A stretch of DNA of 64,000 bases from an uncultured Chloroflexia bacterium (GCA_963755995.1 CAVWLQ010000003.1:836734-900733), one strand, 5' to 3'; counted from the stretch's first letter, positions 1 to 8,444 are shown. A program made the numbers and translations. The notes: generated from the letters alone by a model not told the origin.

Positions 1-343
1 GATCCCAGACGATGACGTCCCCGGCCCCATACTGACGGCCAGGGATGATCCCTTCGAAGTCGGCGTAGCCGAGGGGATGATCCTCCACCTGCACGGCCAG
101 GCGCCTCAGCCCCGGGTCGAGTGACGGTCCACGCGGGACGGCCCAGGACGCGAGCGCACCATCGACTTCCAGCCGGAAGTCGTAATGCAGGCTCGATGCC
201 CGATGCCGCTGGACCACGAACCGACCGGTGGCCCCGGACGACGTCGCCTTCGCGGAGCCCCGCTGGCCATCCGGCTCCGGGGTCTTGCGGAAGTCGCGTT
301 TCTCTCGGTAGCTCTTGAGCCGGTCAGCGCGACGCGTGCTCAT
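1..343 (-). CDS. DNA ligase D 3'-phosphoesterase (PE) domain protein, N-terminal part; the gene runs off the window
   Basis: Not in the ORF track because there is no stop in the window. Manual reverse translation from ATG 343..341 gives [24 protein letters not shown]...[75 protein letters not shown]. This is the conserved LigD PE-domain core (HYDFRLE, SWAVPxGPS, VEDHPLxYxxFEG). Confidence 0.75.
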   Translation of the reverse strand, partial: MSTRRADRLKSYREKRDFRKTPEPDGQRGSAKATSSGATGRFVVQRHRASSLHYDFRLEVDGALASWAVPRGPSLDPGLRRLAVQVEDHPLGYADFEGIIPGRQYGAGDVIVWD

Positions 344-373
344 CGGGCTGAGCGTCCGTCGTCCTGAGGGCCG

Positions 374-619
374 TCAGCGAGACTGGCCCGCCTCACGCCG
401 GTCGGGCGGTGCGTCGCTGTCGTCTTCGACCGGGCCGGGCTCGGTCGCATAGGCCGCGATCCGCTGATCGCCGCTCCGGACGCCACCCGGGATCGTCTCT
501 GCTTCGCGTTCGGGACGATTGCCGATGTATGCGCCGGCGTCGTCCGGATGTGCGTCGGGGTCATCCGTGGGAAGCGGCCTGGTCCCCTCGGGTCGCGAGT
601 GCTGTTCCTTGTCCGTCAT
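374..619 (-). CDS. small acidic hypothetical protein (81 aa)
   Basis: Lies inside track ORF 374..658. The internal ATG at 619 is preceded by a strong GAGGAGG Shine-Dalgarno 5 nt upstream. Third codon positions are mostly G/C. No recognisable domain. Confidence 0.45.
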   Translation of the reverse strand: MTDKEQHSRPEGTRPLPTDDPDAHPDDAGAYIGNRPEREAETIPGGVRSGDQRIAAYATEPGPVEDDSDAPPDRREAGQSR

Positions 620-748
620 CGGTGCCTCCTCTGGAGGGATGCCATCGTCCTCCAGCATGCGCCTGAACGAAGGCGCGCGCCGTTTCCGCGCCGGATCCGT
701 CCTTGCAGAACCGTTTCGCCGGCCCGCTGACGCCGCGGACGGCGACGC

Positions 749-1747
749 CTACTCGCCGCGGTGGTGCGTCGCGGCCAGACTGCCCAGCGCCCCTGGATCG
801 AGAGCGCCGGCGGGCACGCTCGCGACGCGCCCGGGCGTGCGCGCCCAGAGCGTGGCGGTCCGCTGGCCGTTCAGGAGGGCGGCCCGTTCACCGACGACGG
901 CGCCCGGGCCGATCTCGGCGACCACCTCGTTGTTGACCTCGACCACGAAGATCCCATCGAGGATCAGGAACACGTCCGTGCCGGCCTCGCCCTGGCGCAC
1001 GAGGTTCTCGCCGGCGGCGACCGTCTTGATCTTCGGCTTCGCGCCGCCGGCCATGATCGCCCTCGAGAGCGACCGCTCCAAGGCGGACTCCACGGCCGCC
1101 GTGACCGCCGGCGAGTCCTGCGCGCCCCACGGCGTCCGGTCCCCGAACGAGTCCTTGAACCACTTCCCGAAGTCGACCGTGGCGGACTTCTCGACGAGCG
1201 TCCCCGTCGCGTCGTAGATCCAATGGCGCGGGAACGGACTCGCGCCGACGAGCTCGTGGGTCGACGTCCCGTCGGCGTTGATGGTCAGGGCCAGCGTCGT
1301 CCAGGCGATCGACGGCCAGAACTGCACGAACGGCTTGTGGCGGACCGGCCGGGGCGTCGGGAGCCCCATCCGGCCGCCGACCGTCTGGACGAACCGGGCC
1401 GACGACCCGCTCACAGCCGGCTCGGCCTGGATGTCCGGCAGCTGGACGGCGGGGAACCGCAACGCGGATGGCCCGACCTTGACCGTCGTCGCCCCGATGT
1501 GGCCCTGGCCGAGATGCCCGGCGTTCACGATCCGGCCGTCGTCCACCTCGATGAACGCCCGAAGCTCGTTCGCCTCGCGGAATCGGTCGCTCGTCCGGAG
1601 CGCCTCGAGGTCGTCGATCCGATCGGGCGGTGGATCGTCGTAGTGAGTCAGCCCGGCCTCGAACGGGACCTTGGAGGGTCCGGTGATGGCTTCGGATGGG
1701 ATCCACGAGATCGCGGTGACGGACGACTCGAAGCGCTGCGTGGCCAC
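749..1747 (-). CDS. cyclic-nucleotide-binding domain protein with an uncharacterised ~220-aa N-terminal domain
   Basis: 332-aa ORF. The C-terminus GENLVRQGEAGTDVFLILDG...IGPGAVVGERAALLNGQRTATLWA fits the cNMP-binding beta-barrel and phosphate-binding cassette (GE..AL....R.A). I cannot assign the N-terminal part. Confidence 0.75.
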   Translation of the reverse strand: MATQRFESSVTAISWIPSEAITGPSKVPFEAGLTHYDDPPPDRIDDLEALRTSDRFREANELRAFIEVDDGRIVNAGHLGQGHIGATTVKVGPSALRFPAVQLPDIQAEPAVSGSSARFVQTVGGRMGLPTPRPVRHKPFVQFWPSIAWTTLALTINADGTSTHELVGASPFPRHWIYDATGTLVEKSATVDFGKWFKDSFGDRTPWGAQDSPAVTAAVESALERSLSRAIMAGGAKPKIKTVAAGENLVRQGEAGTDVFLILDGIFVVEVNNEVVAEIGPGAVVGERAALLNGQRTATLWARTPGRVASVPAGALDPGALGSLAATHHRGE

Positions 1748-1855
1748 GAACGTTCACCTCACAGGGTTGGCACGGTCGGACCGGGCCTCCGGCAGATTAT
1801 GTGGTCCCCGGCGTCACGTACGCTGGACCCGCACGCGCGTGAGAGGAGCCGTCCG

Positions 1856-2536
1856 ATGACCGACCGTCCGACAAGCCGCCGAGCCATCGACCTGAGCCAC
1901 GAGATCGTCGACGGCATGGTCACCCACCCGGGCATCCCCGCTCCGACGATCTCGACCTTCCTGACCCACGAGGCGTCCGCTGCCCGCTACGCACCTGGGA
2001 CCACGTTCGAGATCGGGCGGATCGATCTCGTCGCCAACACCGGGACCTACCTCGACACGCCGGCGCACCGGTTCGCGGGGCGCGCGGACCTGAGCGATCT
2101 CGGCCTCGCGACCGTCGTCGACCTGGACGGCGTCGTCGTGGATGTCCGCGACCGCGCGGAACGAGCGATCGAGCCGGACGTCTTCGCAGGGATCGATGTC
2201 GCGGGACGCGCGGTCCTCGTCGCCACCGGTTGGGATCGCCACTGGGGCACGGACGCCTACCTCACGGACAACCCGTTCCTGACCGAGGCGGCGGCCCGCC
2301 ACCTGGTCGAGTCCGGCGCGGCGCTGATCGGGATCGACTCGCTCAACGTCGACTCGCTCGCGGACCCGCGGCGACCCGCACACACGGCGATCCTGGAGGC
2401 GAGCGTCCCGCTGGTCGAGCACCTCACCGGCCTCGATCGGCTCCCGCCCGACGGCTTCCGGTTCTTCGCCGTCCCGCCGCGGATCCGCGGGATGGCGACC
2501 TTCCCGGTCCGGGCGTTCGCGCTGATCGACGACTGA
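1856..2536 (+). CDS. cyclase-family protein (arylformamidase / kynurenine formamidase-like hydrolase)
   Basis: In-frame ATG at 1856 inside the long track ORF 761..2536, with a GAGAGGAG RBS at 1841-1848. The protein MTDRPTSRRAIDLSHEIVDGMVTHPG...DTPAH...GIDSLNVD fits the putative cyclase (PF04199-like) family. The upstream part of the track ORF is an R/P/G-rich shadow of the opposite-strand gene. Confidence 0.8.
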   Translation: MTDRPTSRRAIDLSHEIVDGMVTHPGIPAPTISTFLTHEASAARYAPGTTFEIGRIDLVANTGTYLDTPAHRFAGRADLSDLGLATVVDLDGVVVDVRDRAERAIEPDVFAGIDVAGRAVLVATGWDRHWGTDAYLTDNPFLTEAAARHLVESGAALIGIDSLNVDSLADPRRPAHTAILEASVPLVEHLTGLDRLPPDGFRFFAVPPRIRGMATFPVRAFALIDD

Positions 2537-2576
2537 TCGCGGATCGCCCCGGATCCATCCCGCGTGGTGGTAGGTT

Positions 2577-4220
2577 GTGACGATGGCGACGACCGTCGGG
2601 GAACGGGACGTCAGCCGGCTCTGGCCGGTGGGCCTCGTCCTCATCCTGCCGCTGATCGGGCTGGCTGTCCTGATCGTGCAGCCCGAGCTCGACATGACGT
2701 GGGAGCACCATCCGGCCCACTTCTGGATCGTGCTCATCGCCGCCGCGGTCAACGTGGTCCTCGCGTACGTCACGAATCTCGCGGCGGGCCGCTTTCAGGA
2801 CGCCCGCCTGACGCTGATCTCATTGGCGTTCCTCGCCAGCGCCGGGTTCCTGGGGCTCCACGCCCTGGCTACACCGGGCGTGATGCTCGACAGCCCGAAC
2901 ATCGGGTTCGCCATCGCCACCCCGGTCGGCCTGATCATCGCGTCGGTCTTCGCGGCCGCGTCGGCGACACCGCTCGCCGGACCCCGTGCGATGGAGGTCC
3001 TCCGCGTGCGGAAGGTGCTCCTGTGGGGGCTCATCGCGCTGATGGTCGTCTGGGCCGTCTTCTCGATCGCCCAGCTTCCCCCGCTCGACGGGCCTCCCCC
3101 GCCTCGGGAGGGGGCCGGCGTCCTTGACGTCCTGTCCGTCATCGCCGTGGTCCTGTACGCGTTCGCGGCGGTCCGCCTGGTCCAGCTCTTCCTCTACCGG
3201 GGCACCGCGATCCTCCTCGCGATGGCTGCGGCCATCGTCCTCCTGGCCGAGGCGCTGATCGCGATCCTCACCAGCCGCAACTGGCATCTCAGCTGGTGGG
3301 AGTGGCACCTCCTGTTGCTTGCGGCATTCCTGACGATCGCGCTCGCAGCGCGGAACGAATACCAGCGGCAGGGCTCGCTGGGTGGAGCGTTCGGCGGCCT
3401 GTATCTCGAGGCGACGCTCGCCCGGGTCGAGCGCTGGTACGCGTCCGCCGTGGCGTCCGTTGCCGCCGCCCAGGCCGGGGGTGGCTCGACCGACCACGTG
3501 CTCGACGAGCTGCGGCGCGAGGGTGCCACCGACGCGGAGCTGGCGTTGCTGTCGCAGACGGCACGCGAGGTCGGCCGCCTGGACGCGAGCTTCCGGCCGT
3601 ACCTGCCGTCGACGATCACCAAGCGGATCCGTCGGCGTGGCGCGGCGGCTCCGACCACCGCGAACGGCGACGAACGGGTGGTGACCGCGATGTTCGCGGA
3701 CCTCGCCGGCTTCACGCCGTTCAGCGAGCGCCACCAGCCGCGCGAGGTGGTCGAGATGCTCAACGCGTATTGGGCGGCGGCGGTGCCCGAGATCGAGCGC
3801 GCCGGCGGGACGATCGAGCACTTTGCGGGCGACGGCGTCCTGACCGTCTTCAACGTCGAGGGCGACCAGCCCGACCATGCCCGCCGGGCCGCCCGCGCGG
3901 CGACCGGGATCCTCACGTCCACGCGTCATCTCGCCGCCACGCACCCAGGCTGGCCGGTCTTCCGGATCGGGATCAACACGGGCGCCGCGGTGGTCGGCGT
4001 CATCGGAACGGCCGCCCGGCGGAGCTTTGCCGCCATCGGCGATCCGATCAACACGAGCGCTCGCCTCCAGACCGCGGCCGCCCCCGGGCAGGTCGTCGTG
4101 GGTCGCCTGACGTGGGAGCAGCTCGACGATCCGACGGCCGGCGTGTCGCTCGGCGCGATCCCCCTCAAGGGCAAGCGCGAGCCGGTCGAGGCGTGGGAGC
4201 TGTTCGTCCCGGGGTCATGA
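2577..4220 (+). CDS. membrane-anchored class III adenylate/guanylate cyclase
   Basis: 547 aa. The N-terminal ~250 aa are multi-pass hydrophobic. The C-terminal catalytic domain has FADLAGFT (metal Asp), HFAGDGVLTVF (second Asp), RIGINTGAAVVG and IGDPINTSARL (Asn/Arg). Start is GTG 2577 or ATG 2583. Confidence 0.85.
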   Translation: MTMATTVGERDVSRLWPVGLVLILPLIGLAVLIVQPELDMTWEHHPAHFWIVLIAAAVNVVLAYVTNLAAGRFQDARLTLISLAFLASAGFLGLHALATPGVMLDSPNIGFAIATPVGLIIASVFAAASATPLAGPRAMEVLRVRKVLLWGLIALMVVWAVFSIAQLPPLDGPPPPREGAGVLDVLSVIAVVLYAFAAVRLVQLFLYRGTAILLAMAAAIVLLAEALIAILTSRNWHLSWWEWHLLLLAAFLTIALAARNEYQRQGSLGGAFGGLYLEATLARVERWYASAVASVAAAQAGGGSTDHVLDELRREGATDAELALLSQTAREVGRLDASFRPYLPSTITKRIRRRGAAAPTTANGDERVVTAMFADLAGFTPFSERHQPREVVEMLNAYWAAAVPEIERAGGTIEHFAGDGVLTVFNVEGDQPDHARRAARAATGILTSTRHLAATHPGWPVFRIGINTGAAVVGVIGTAARRSFAAIGDPINTSARLQTAAAPGQVVVGRLTWEQLDDPTAGVSLGAIPLKGKREPVEAWELFVPGS

Positions 4221-4229
4221 ACACGCGCC

Positions 4230-4265
4230 TTGACAGACGGGTCATACAACCGTATGGTTGTATCA
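4230..4265 (+). promoter_or_regulatory. candidate sigma70-type promoter giving a leaderless arsR transcript, overlapped by an 8-4-8 inverted-repeat operator
   Basis: TTGACA (4230-4235), 17-nt spacer, TATGGT (4253-4258), 7 nt, then ATG 4266. A perfect inverted repeat ATACAACC-GTAT-GGTTGTAT spans 4244-4263, across the spacer and -10. Confidence 0.5.
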
Positions 4266-4601
4266 ATGGACCCGACCTTCGACGCCGACACCGTCTTCGC
4301 CGCCCTGGCCGACGCCACGCGGCGTGACATCGTCCTGCGGGCGCTGAACGGTCGCGAGGGCGTCGCCGAGCTCGCGGGGCACTACCCGATGAGCTTCGCG
4401 GCGGTCCAGAAGCATGTCGCCGTGCTCGAACGGGCCGGGCTGGTGACCAAGGAACGGAGCGGTCGCCGCAAGGTCGTCCGCACGAACATGGGGGCGCTCC
4501 GCCTGGCGCGCGGCCTGCTCGACGAGTACGAGGCCCTGTGGCGCGGCCGCATCGACCGCATGACGGACCTCATCATCCGCAGCAAGGAGATCGAGACATG
4601 A
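4266..4601 (+). CDS. ArsR/SmtB-family transcriptional regulator
   Basis: The protein MDPTFDADTVFAALADATRRDIVLRAL...VAELAGHYPMSFAAVQKHVAVLERAGLV is a winged HTH of the ArsR family. The track ORF begins at TTG 4230, which is the -35 box, so ATG 4266 is preferred. The stop overlaps the next start (ATGA at 4598-4601). Confidence 0.85.
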   Translation: MDPTFDADTVFAALADATRRDIVLRALNGREGVAELAGHYPMSFAAVQKHVAVLERAGLVTKERSGRRKVVRTNMGALRLARGLLDEYEALWRGRIDRMTDLIIRSKEIET

Positions 4602-5104
4602 CAGTCACCGCCGTCCACAAGGATCCCGAGGCACTGACCCTGACCCTCACGGCCGAGTTCGAGGCGTCGCCCGAGCGCGTCTGGCAGCTGTGGGCCGACC
4701 CGCGCCAGCTCGAGCGCTGGTGGGGCCCGCCGACCTGGCCGGCGACCTTCACGAGGCACGACCTGGCACCCGGCAGCCACGTCGAGTACCACATGACCGG
4801 CCCGACGGGCGACGAGGCCCACGGGTTCTGGGACATCGTCGAGGCCGAACCGCCCCACCGGCTCGTGTACGTCGACGGGTTCGCCAACACCGACGGCTCC
4901 CCGAACGACGCGTTCCCGCGCAACGAGGGTGTCGTGACCATCGAGCCGATCCAGGCCGGCCGCACTCGCATGTCGATCGAGAGCCGCTTCCCGAGCACTG
5001 AAGCCATGCAGCAGGTCCTGGGCATGGGCATGGAGGAGGGCCTCACGCAGGCCGTCGGCCAGATCGACGCGATCCTCGCCGAGGACGCTGTCCGCAGCTC
5101 ATAG
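4598..5104 (+). CDS. SRPBCC-superfamily protein (AHSA1 / activator of Hsp90 ATPase homolog 1-like)
   Basis: The protein is MTVTAVHKDPEALTLTLTAEFEASPERVWQLWADPRQLERWWGPP... The WW-GP motif and length are typical of AHSA1-like START-fold proteins. Translationally coupled to the upstream ArsR gene. Confidence 0.85.
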   Translation: MTVTAVHKDPEALTLTLTAEFEASPERVWQLWADPRQLERWWGPPTWPATFTRHDLAPGSHVEYHMTGPTGDEAHGFWDIVEAEPPHRLVYVDGFANTDGSPNDAFPRNEGVVTIEPIQAGRTRMSIESRFPSTEAMQQVLGMGMEEGLTQAVGQIDAILAEDAVRSS

Positions 5105-5133
5105 TCGACCCACGCACCACGAGGAGCCATGCC

Positions 5134-6009
5134 ATGACCACCACCACCGCGCCCACCACCCACACTCTCGACGCGCCCGGCGCGACGATCACCTATGACG
5201 TCCGGGGGACCGATTCCACGGCCCCCGTGCTGATGCTGATCGGCTCGCCGATGGGCGCCGGCGGCTTCGCCACCCTCGCGAGCCACTTTCCCGAGCGGAC
5301 CATCGTCACGTACGACCCGCGCGGCGTGGAGCGGAGCGTGAAGACCGATCCGTCCAGCCTGTCCACGCCGGACCAGCACGCCGACGACCTCCATCGGGTC
5401 ATCGCGGCGGTCGACGCCGGCCCGGTGGAGCTCTTCGCCAGCAGCGGTGGCGCGGTCAACGCGCTGGCGCTGGTGGCGAAGCACCCGGAGCAGGTCCTGA
5501 CGCTCGTCGCGCACGAGCCACCGCTCGCCTCGATCGTCCCGGACCGCGAGGGGGCGATGGCCTTCACTCAGGCCATCAGCGACACCTACGAGCGCAGCGG
5601 GTTCGGACCGGCCATGGCGCAGTTCATCCTGGCCGTGAGCCACCGTGGGCCGATGACCGCGGAGTTCGCCGCGCAGCCGGCTCCGGATCCCGCCATGTTC
5701 GGGCTGCCGGCGGAGGACGACGGCACCCGCACCGACCCGCTCCTCCGCCAGAACATCGTGACCTGCACGCACTACCAGCCCGATTTCGACGCGCTGCGGG
5801 CGGCGTCGACACGGATCGTCCTGGCCGCAGGCATCGAGTCCGACGGGCAGCTGGCACACCGCGGCGCCGTGGCGGCCGCCGAGCGGCTCGGCACCACCAC
5901 CGTGATCTTCCCGAGCGACCACGGCGGGTTCCTCGGTGGCGAGTACGGGCAGGCAGGCGACCCGGACGGGTTCGCCGCCAAGCTCCGCGAGGTCCTCGCC
6001 GAGGTTTAG
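5134..6009 (+). CDS. alpha/beta-fold hydrolase
   Basis: 291 aa with a GAGGAG RBS. VLMLIGSPMG is an oxyanion-region-like segment, FASSGGA is the nucleophile elbow, and a C-terminal SDHGGF carries the His. Confidence 0.8.
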   Translation: MTTTTAPTTHTLDAPGATITYDVRGTDSTAPVLMLIGSPMGAGGFATLASHFPERTIVTYDPRGVERSVKTDPSSLSTPDQHADDLHRVIAAVDAGPVELFASSGGAVNALALVAKHPEQVLTLVAHEPPLASIVPDREGAMAFTQAISDTYERSGFGPAMAQFILAVSHRGPMTAEFAAQPAPDPAMFGLPAEDDGTRTDPLLRQNIVTCTHYQPDFDALRAASTRIVLAAGIESDGQLAHRGAVAAAERLGTTTVIFPSDHGGFLGGEYGQAGDPDGFAAKLREVLAEV

Positions 6010-6021
6010 CTCAGGCGGGCG

Positions 6022-6666
6022 TCACGCAGGCGCCTCGGGGTCCGGCGCGTAGAAGGCCGTCGTGTTCGCGACGGCCGTCGCGACCGCCGCCGGATCCGCG
6101 CCGGACGCCTCGTAGGCGGCGCCCCAGGCTGCGCTGCTTTGAGCGGCCCATTCGCGTCCCTCGGCGGACAGCTGCCACGCGATCGGATCGTCGACGGATC
6201 CGCCGCGGAGGTGCAGCGACAACCCGAGGACGCCGCCGTCCCAGCCGACGCCCACGGCGCCCGGGCCGAACTGGTCCCACATCTCGTCGGGCACGATCGC
6301 AACGTGCTCGAGCTCCACCGTCGTGCCGTCGGCACCGGCCGGCGACAGGCGCAGCTCGACCTCGGAGGCGGGCCCGGCGTCCGGGCCGTACTCCCAGGTC
6401 ACCTTCAGCCGGCGCGGTCGCTCGCAGTCGACGATCTCGCCGCCGGCGTTGCCCTCCAGCTGGTAGCGGCCGCCAAGGCGATAGTCGCCGCTGATCGGGA
6501 GGAACCAGCGGCTGATCCGCTCGGGCGTGGTCAGCGCGTCCCAGACCTCCTCGATCGGCGAGTCGTAGGTGCGACTGATGCGGACGGCCCGGCCCTCGGC
6601 GTCGCCGAGGGGTGCCGTGCCGACCGAGCGGTGGATGGCTTCGATCTCGCGGACGATGTCGATCAT
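6022..6666 (-). CDS. SRPBCC-superfamily protein (AHSA1-like)
   Basis: Internal ATG at 6666 of track ORF 6022..6792. The protein MIDIVREIEAIHRSV...RISRTYDSPIEEVWDALTTPERISRWF is a typical AHSA1-like N-terminus. ATGA overlap with the ArsR stop at 6663-6666. Confidence 0.8.
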   Translation of the reverse strand: MIDIVREIEAIHRSVGTAPLGDAEGRAVRISRTYDSPIEEVWDALTTPERISRWFLPISGDYRLGGRYQLEGNAGGEIVDCERPRRLKVTWEYGPDAGPASEVELRLSPAGADGTTVELEHVAIVPDEMWDQFGPGAVGVGWDGGVLGLSLHLRGGSVDDPIAWQLSAEGREWAAQSSAAWGAAYEASGADPAAVATAVANTTAFYAPDPEAPA

Positions 6667-7031
6667 GCGATGGGTCCCTCCTTCGGTGTGTCTGATGGTG
6701 CGGCCAGACGTCGCTCGCGCTTGCCGCGCGCGAGCTCGGTCCCGAGCGAATCGAGGCGCTGCTCCCAGAAGTGGCGGAACGGGTCGAGCCACGCGTCGAC
6801 CTCGTGGAGCGGCGCGGACTCGACCGCATAGAGTCGTCGGGTGCCATCCGGCCGGACCGTCGCGAAGCCGTTGTCGCGCAGGACGCGGAGGTGCTGCGAG
6901 ACGGCGGGCTGCGAGATCCCGAACTCGGCCTGGACGACGGCCGTCAGTGCCCCGGAGCTCAGCTCCCCGTCGGCGAGCAGCTCCAGGATCCGCCGTCGGA
7001 CCGGGTCCCCCAGGACGTCGAACGCGTGCAT
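6663..7031 (-). CDS. ArsR/SmtB-family transcriptional regulator
   Basis: The protein is MHAFDVLGDPVRRRILELLADGELSSGALTAVVQAEFGISQPAVSQHLRVLRDNGF, an ArsR-type winged HTH. Confidence 0.85.
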   Translation of the reverse strand: MHAFDVLGDPVRRRILELLADGELSSGALTAVVQAEFGISQPAVSQHLRVLRDNGFATVRPDGTRRLYAVESAPLHEVDAWLDPFRHFWEQRLDSLGTELARGKRERRLAAPSDTPKEGPIA

Positions 7032-7038
7032 GCCGGCC

Positions 7039-7068
7039 AGTCTAGAAGTATCTGCTTATATAAGTCAA
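7039..7068 (-). promoter_or_regulatory. candidate leaderless promoter plus palindromic operator for the second arsR cassette
   Basis: Read on the minus strand: TTGACT (7068-7063), 18 nt, TAGACT (7044-7039), 7 nt, then ATG at 7031. A perfect 10-bp palindrome CTTATATAAG sits at 7055-7064. This is a striking AT island in GC-rich DNA. Confidence 0.45.
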
Positions 7069-7083
7069 CTCTGTGGCTGGCAC

Positions 7084-7357
7084 GATGTCGAGACCGCCGA
7101 ACCTGCTCCGTTTCATGGGTGAGGGGGCCCGTCAGCGGGGCTGGCGATCCTCGACGCCATGGACGGCACCCTCGCGGGCAGCCATCGAATCGCGGCGGTT
7201 CGCGCGCACATGCTCGTGTTGGCCGGTGACACGGACGCGGCCTTCGTCCACTACCGGACAGCGGCCCGGCTGACGAACGAACCTCGCGGAGCAGCGCTAC
7301 CTTGCCACCAGGGCGGCACGCCTTCGTGAACGTGACCGCGGCGCGCTGGAGAGCTGA
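7084..7357 (+). pseudogene. relic of the C-terminal ~85 codons of an ECF42-type sigma factor (5'-truncated, in-frame stop, frameshift)
   Basis: Manual translation gives HDVETAEPAPFHG*GGPSAGLAILDAMDGTLAGSHRIAAVRAHMLVLAGDTDAAFVHYRTAARLTNEPR, then a +1 shift near 7287-7290, then EQRYLATRAARLRERDRGALES*. It aligns residue for residue with the C-terminus of the intact sigma at 42320..43579 (VEVNRAVAVGMAFGPAAGLAVIDPLVGDPALKGYHLLPAVRGDLL...LTRNERERRLLLERAG). There is no room for the N-terminal ~330 codons. Confidence 0.6.
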
Positions 7358-7375
7358 GGCATCACCGGAGGGATC

Positions 7376-8401
7376 ATGCGCGGCAAGGGGATCTGCTACG
7401 ACGCCGGGTTCCTCCATGCCGGCGTGAGCTCGCGCGGACGGTTCGACCTCGACGTCGTGGCGCGCGAGATGCGGATCATCCAGGACGACCTGCATTGCAC
7501 CGCAGTGCGCATCACCGGAGGCGATCCCGAACGCATCGAGGGGGCCGCCCACCTCGCCGCCGACGCCGGCCTGGAGGTCTGGTTCTCGCCGTTCACGTCC
7601 GACCTGACCGAGGACGAGATGCTCCGGCTGCTGGTCGATTGTGCCGAGCGAGCCGAACGCGTCCGCCGCCGCGGCGCGGAGGTGGTCCTCGTGACCGGCG
7701 GCGAGCTGAGCCTGATGAACCGGGGCTTCCTCACCGGCGACACGCTGCCCGAACGGATCAAGCTCCTCGCCGACCCTGCCCGCCTGCGCGAGCTGATCGG
7801 CGCGATCCCAGCTCGGATGAACGACTTCCTCGGGCGGGCCGTCCCGGCCGTGCGCGAGAGATTCGGGGGCAAGGTTGCCTACGCCTCGATCCCGTTCGAA
7901 CGGGTCGACTGGGAGCTGTTCGATTTCGTCGGGGTCGACCTGTACCGCTCGATCGAGGTCGCCGACCGCTACCGGGACGGCATCCGGACGCTGGTCGCGC
8001 AGGGCAAGCCGGTCGCGATCACGGAGGTCGGCACGGCGCCGTATCGCGGCGCCGGCGATCGGGGGGCACGGGCGGGCGAGATCATCGTGTGGGACGAGGC
8101 GACAGGTCTGCCGGTCCGCCTCGACGGCGTCTACGAGCGCGACGAGGCCGAGCAGGTCGCCTACCTGCGCGAGCTGCTCGAGATCTTCGATGCCGAAGGG
8201 GTCGACAGCGCATTCGTGTTCGCCTTCGAGCTGAGCCGGCTGGTCCACCGGCCCGATGGCGACCCGCGAGATGACCTGGACATCGGGTCCTACGGCATCG
8301 TCAAGACGCTCGACGGGCGCCATGGCACGACCTACCCGGACATGACATGGGAGCCGAAAGCGGCGTTCGCGGCGCTTGCCGAGATCTACGCCCAGGAGTG
8401 A
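7376..8401 (+). CDS. TIM-barrel glycoside-hydrolase-like protein (clan GH-A-like); family unassigned
   Basis: 341 aa, GGAGG RBS 6 nt upstream. The alternating beta/alpha pattern with GGELSLMN and ITEVG segments resembles the acid/base and nucleophile strands of clan A glycosidases. The functional call is tentative. Confidence 0.55.
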   Translation: MRGKGICYDAGFLHAGVSSRGRFDLDVVAREMRIIQDDLHCTAVRITGGDPERIEGAAHLAADAGLEVWFSPFTSDLTEDEMLRLLVDCAERAERVRRRGAEVVLVTGGELSLMNRGFLTGDTLPERIKLLADPARLRELIGAIPARMNDFLGRAVPAVRERFGGKVAYASIPFERVDWELFDFVGVDLYRSIEVADRYRDGIRTLVAQGKPVAITEVGTAPYRGAGDRGARAGEIIVWDEATGLPVRLDGVYERDEAEQVAYLRELLEIFDAEGVDSAFVFAFELSRLVHRPDGDPRDDLDIGSYGIVKTLDGRHGTTYPDMTWEPKAAFAALAEIYAQE

Positions 8402-8444
8402 GGGAGGGTCGCCACGCCCGGATGCCGGCGATAGGCTGTCGGTC

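Noticed and set aside
761-1855. Long N-terminal extension of track ORF 761..2536, and many similar long ORFs: 888..1757(-), 1814..2773(-), 2820..3944(-), 4573..5922(-), 6959..8566(-), 10032..11141(-), 12897..14258(-), 18549..19883(-), 22227..24020(+), 30491..32668(+), 36279..38681(-), 39887..41629(+), 47785..49473(-), 56890..58956(+), 60134..62203(+), 60327..62009(-).
   Set aside because: Their translations are Arg/Pro/Gly/Asp-rich without motifs, and they lie antisense to or out of frame with genes that have clear family signatures. These are typical shadow ORFs of very GC-rich DNA.
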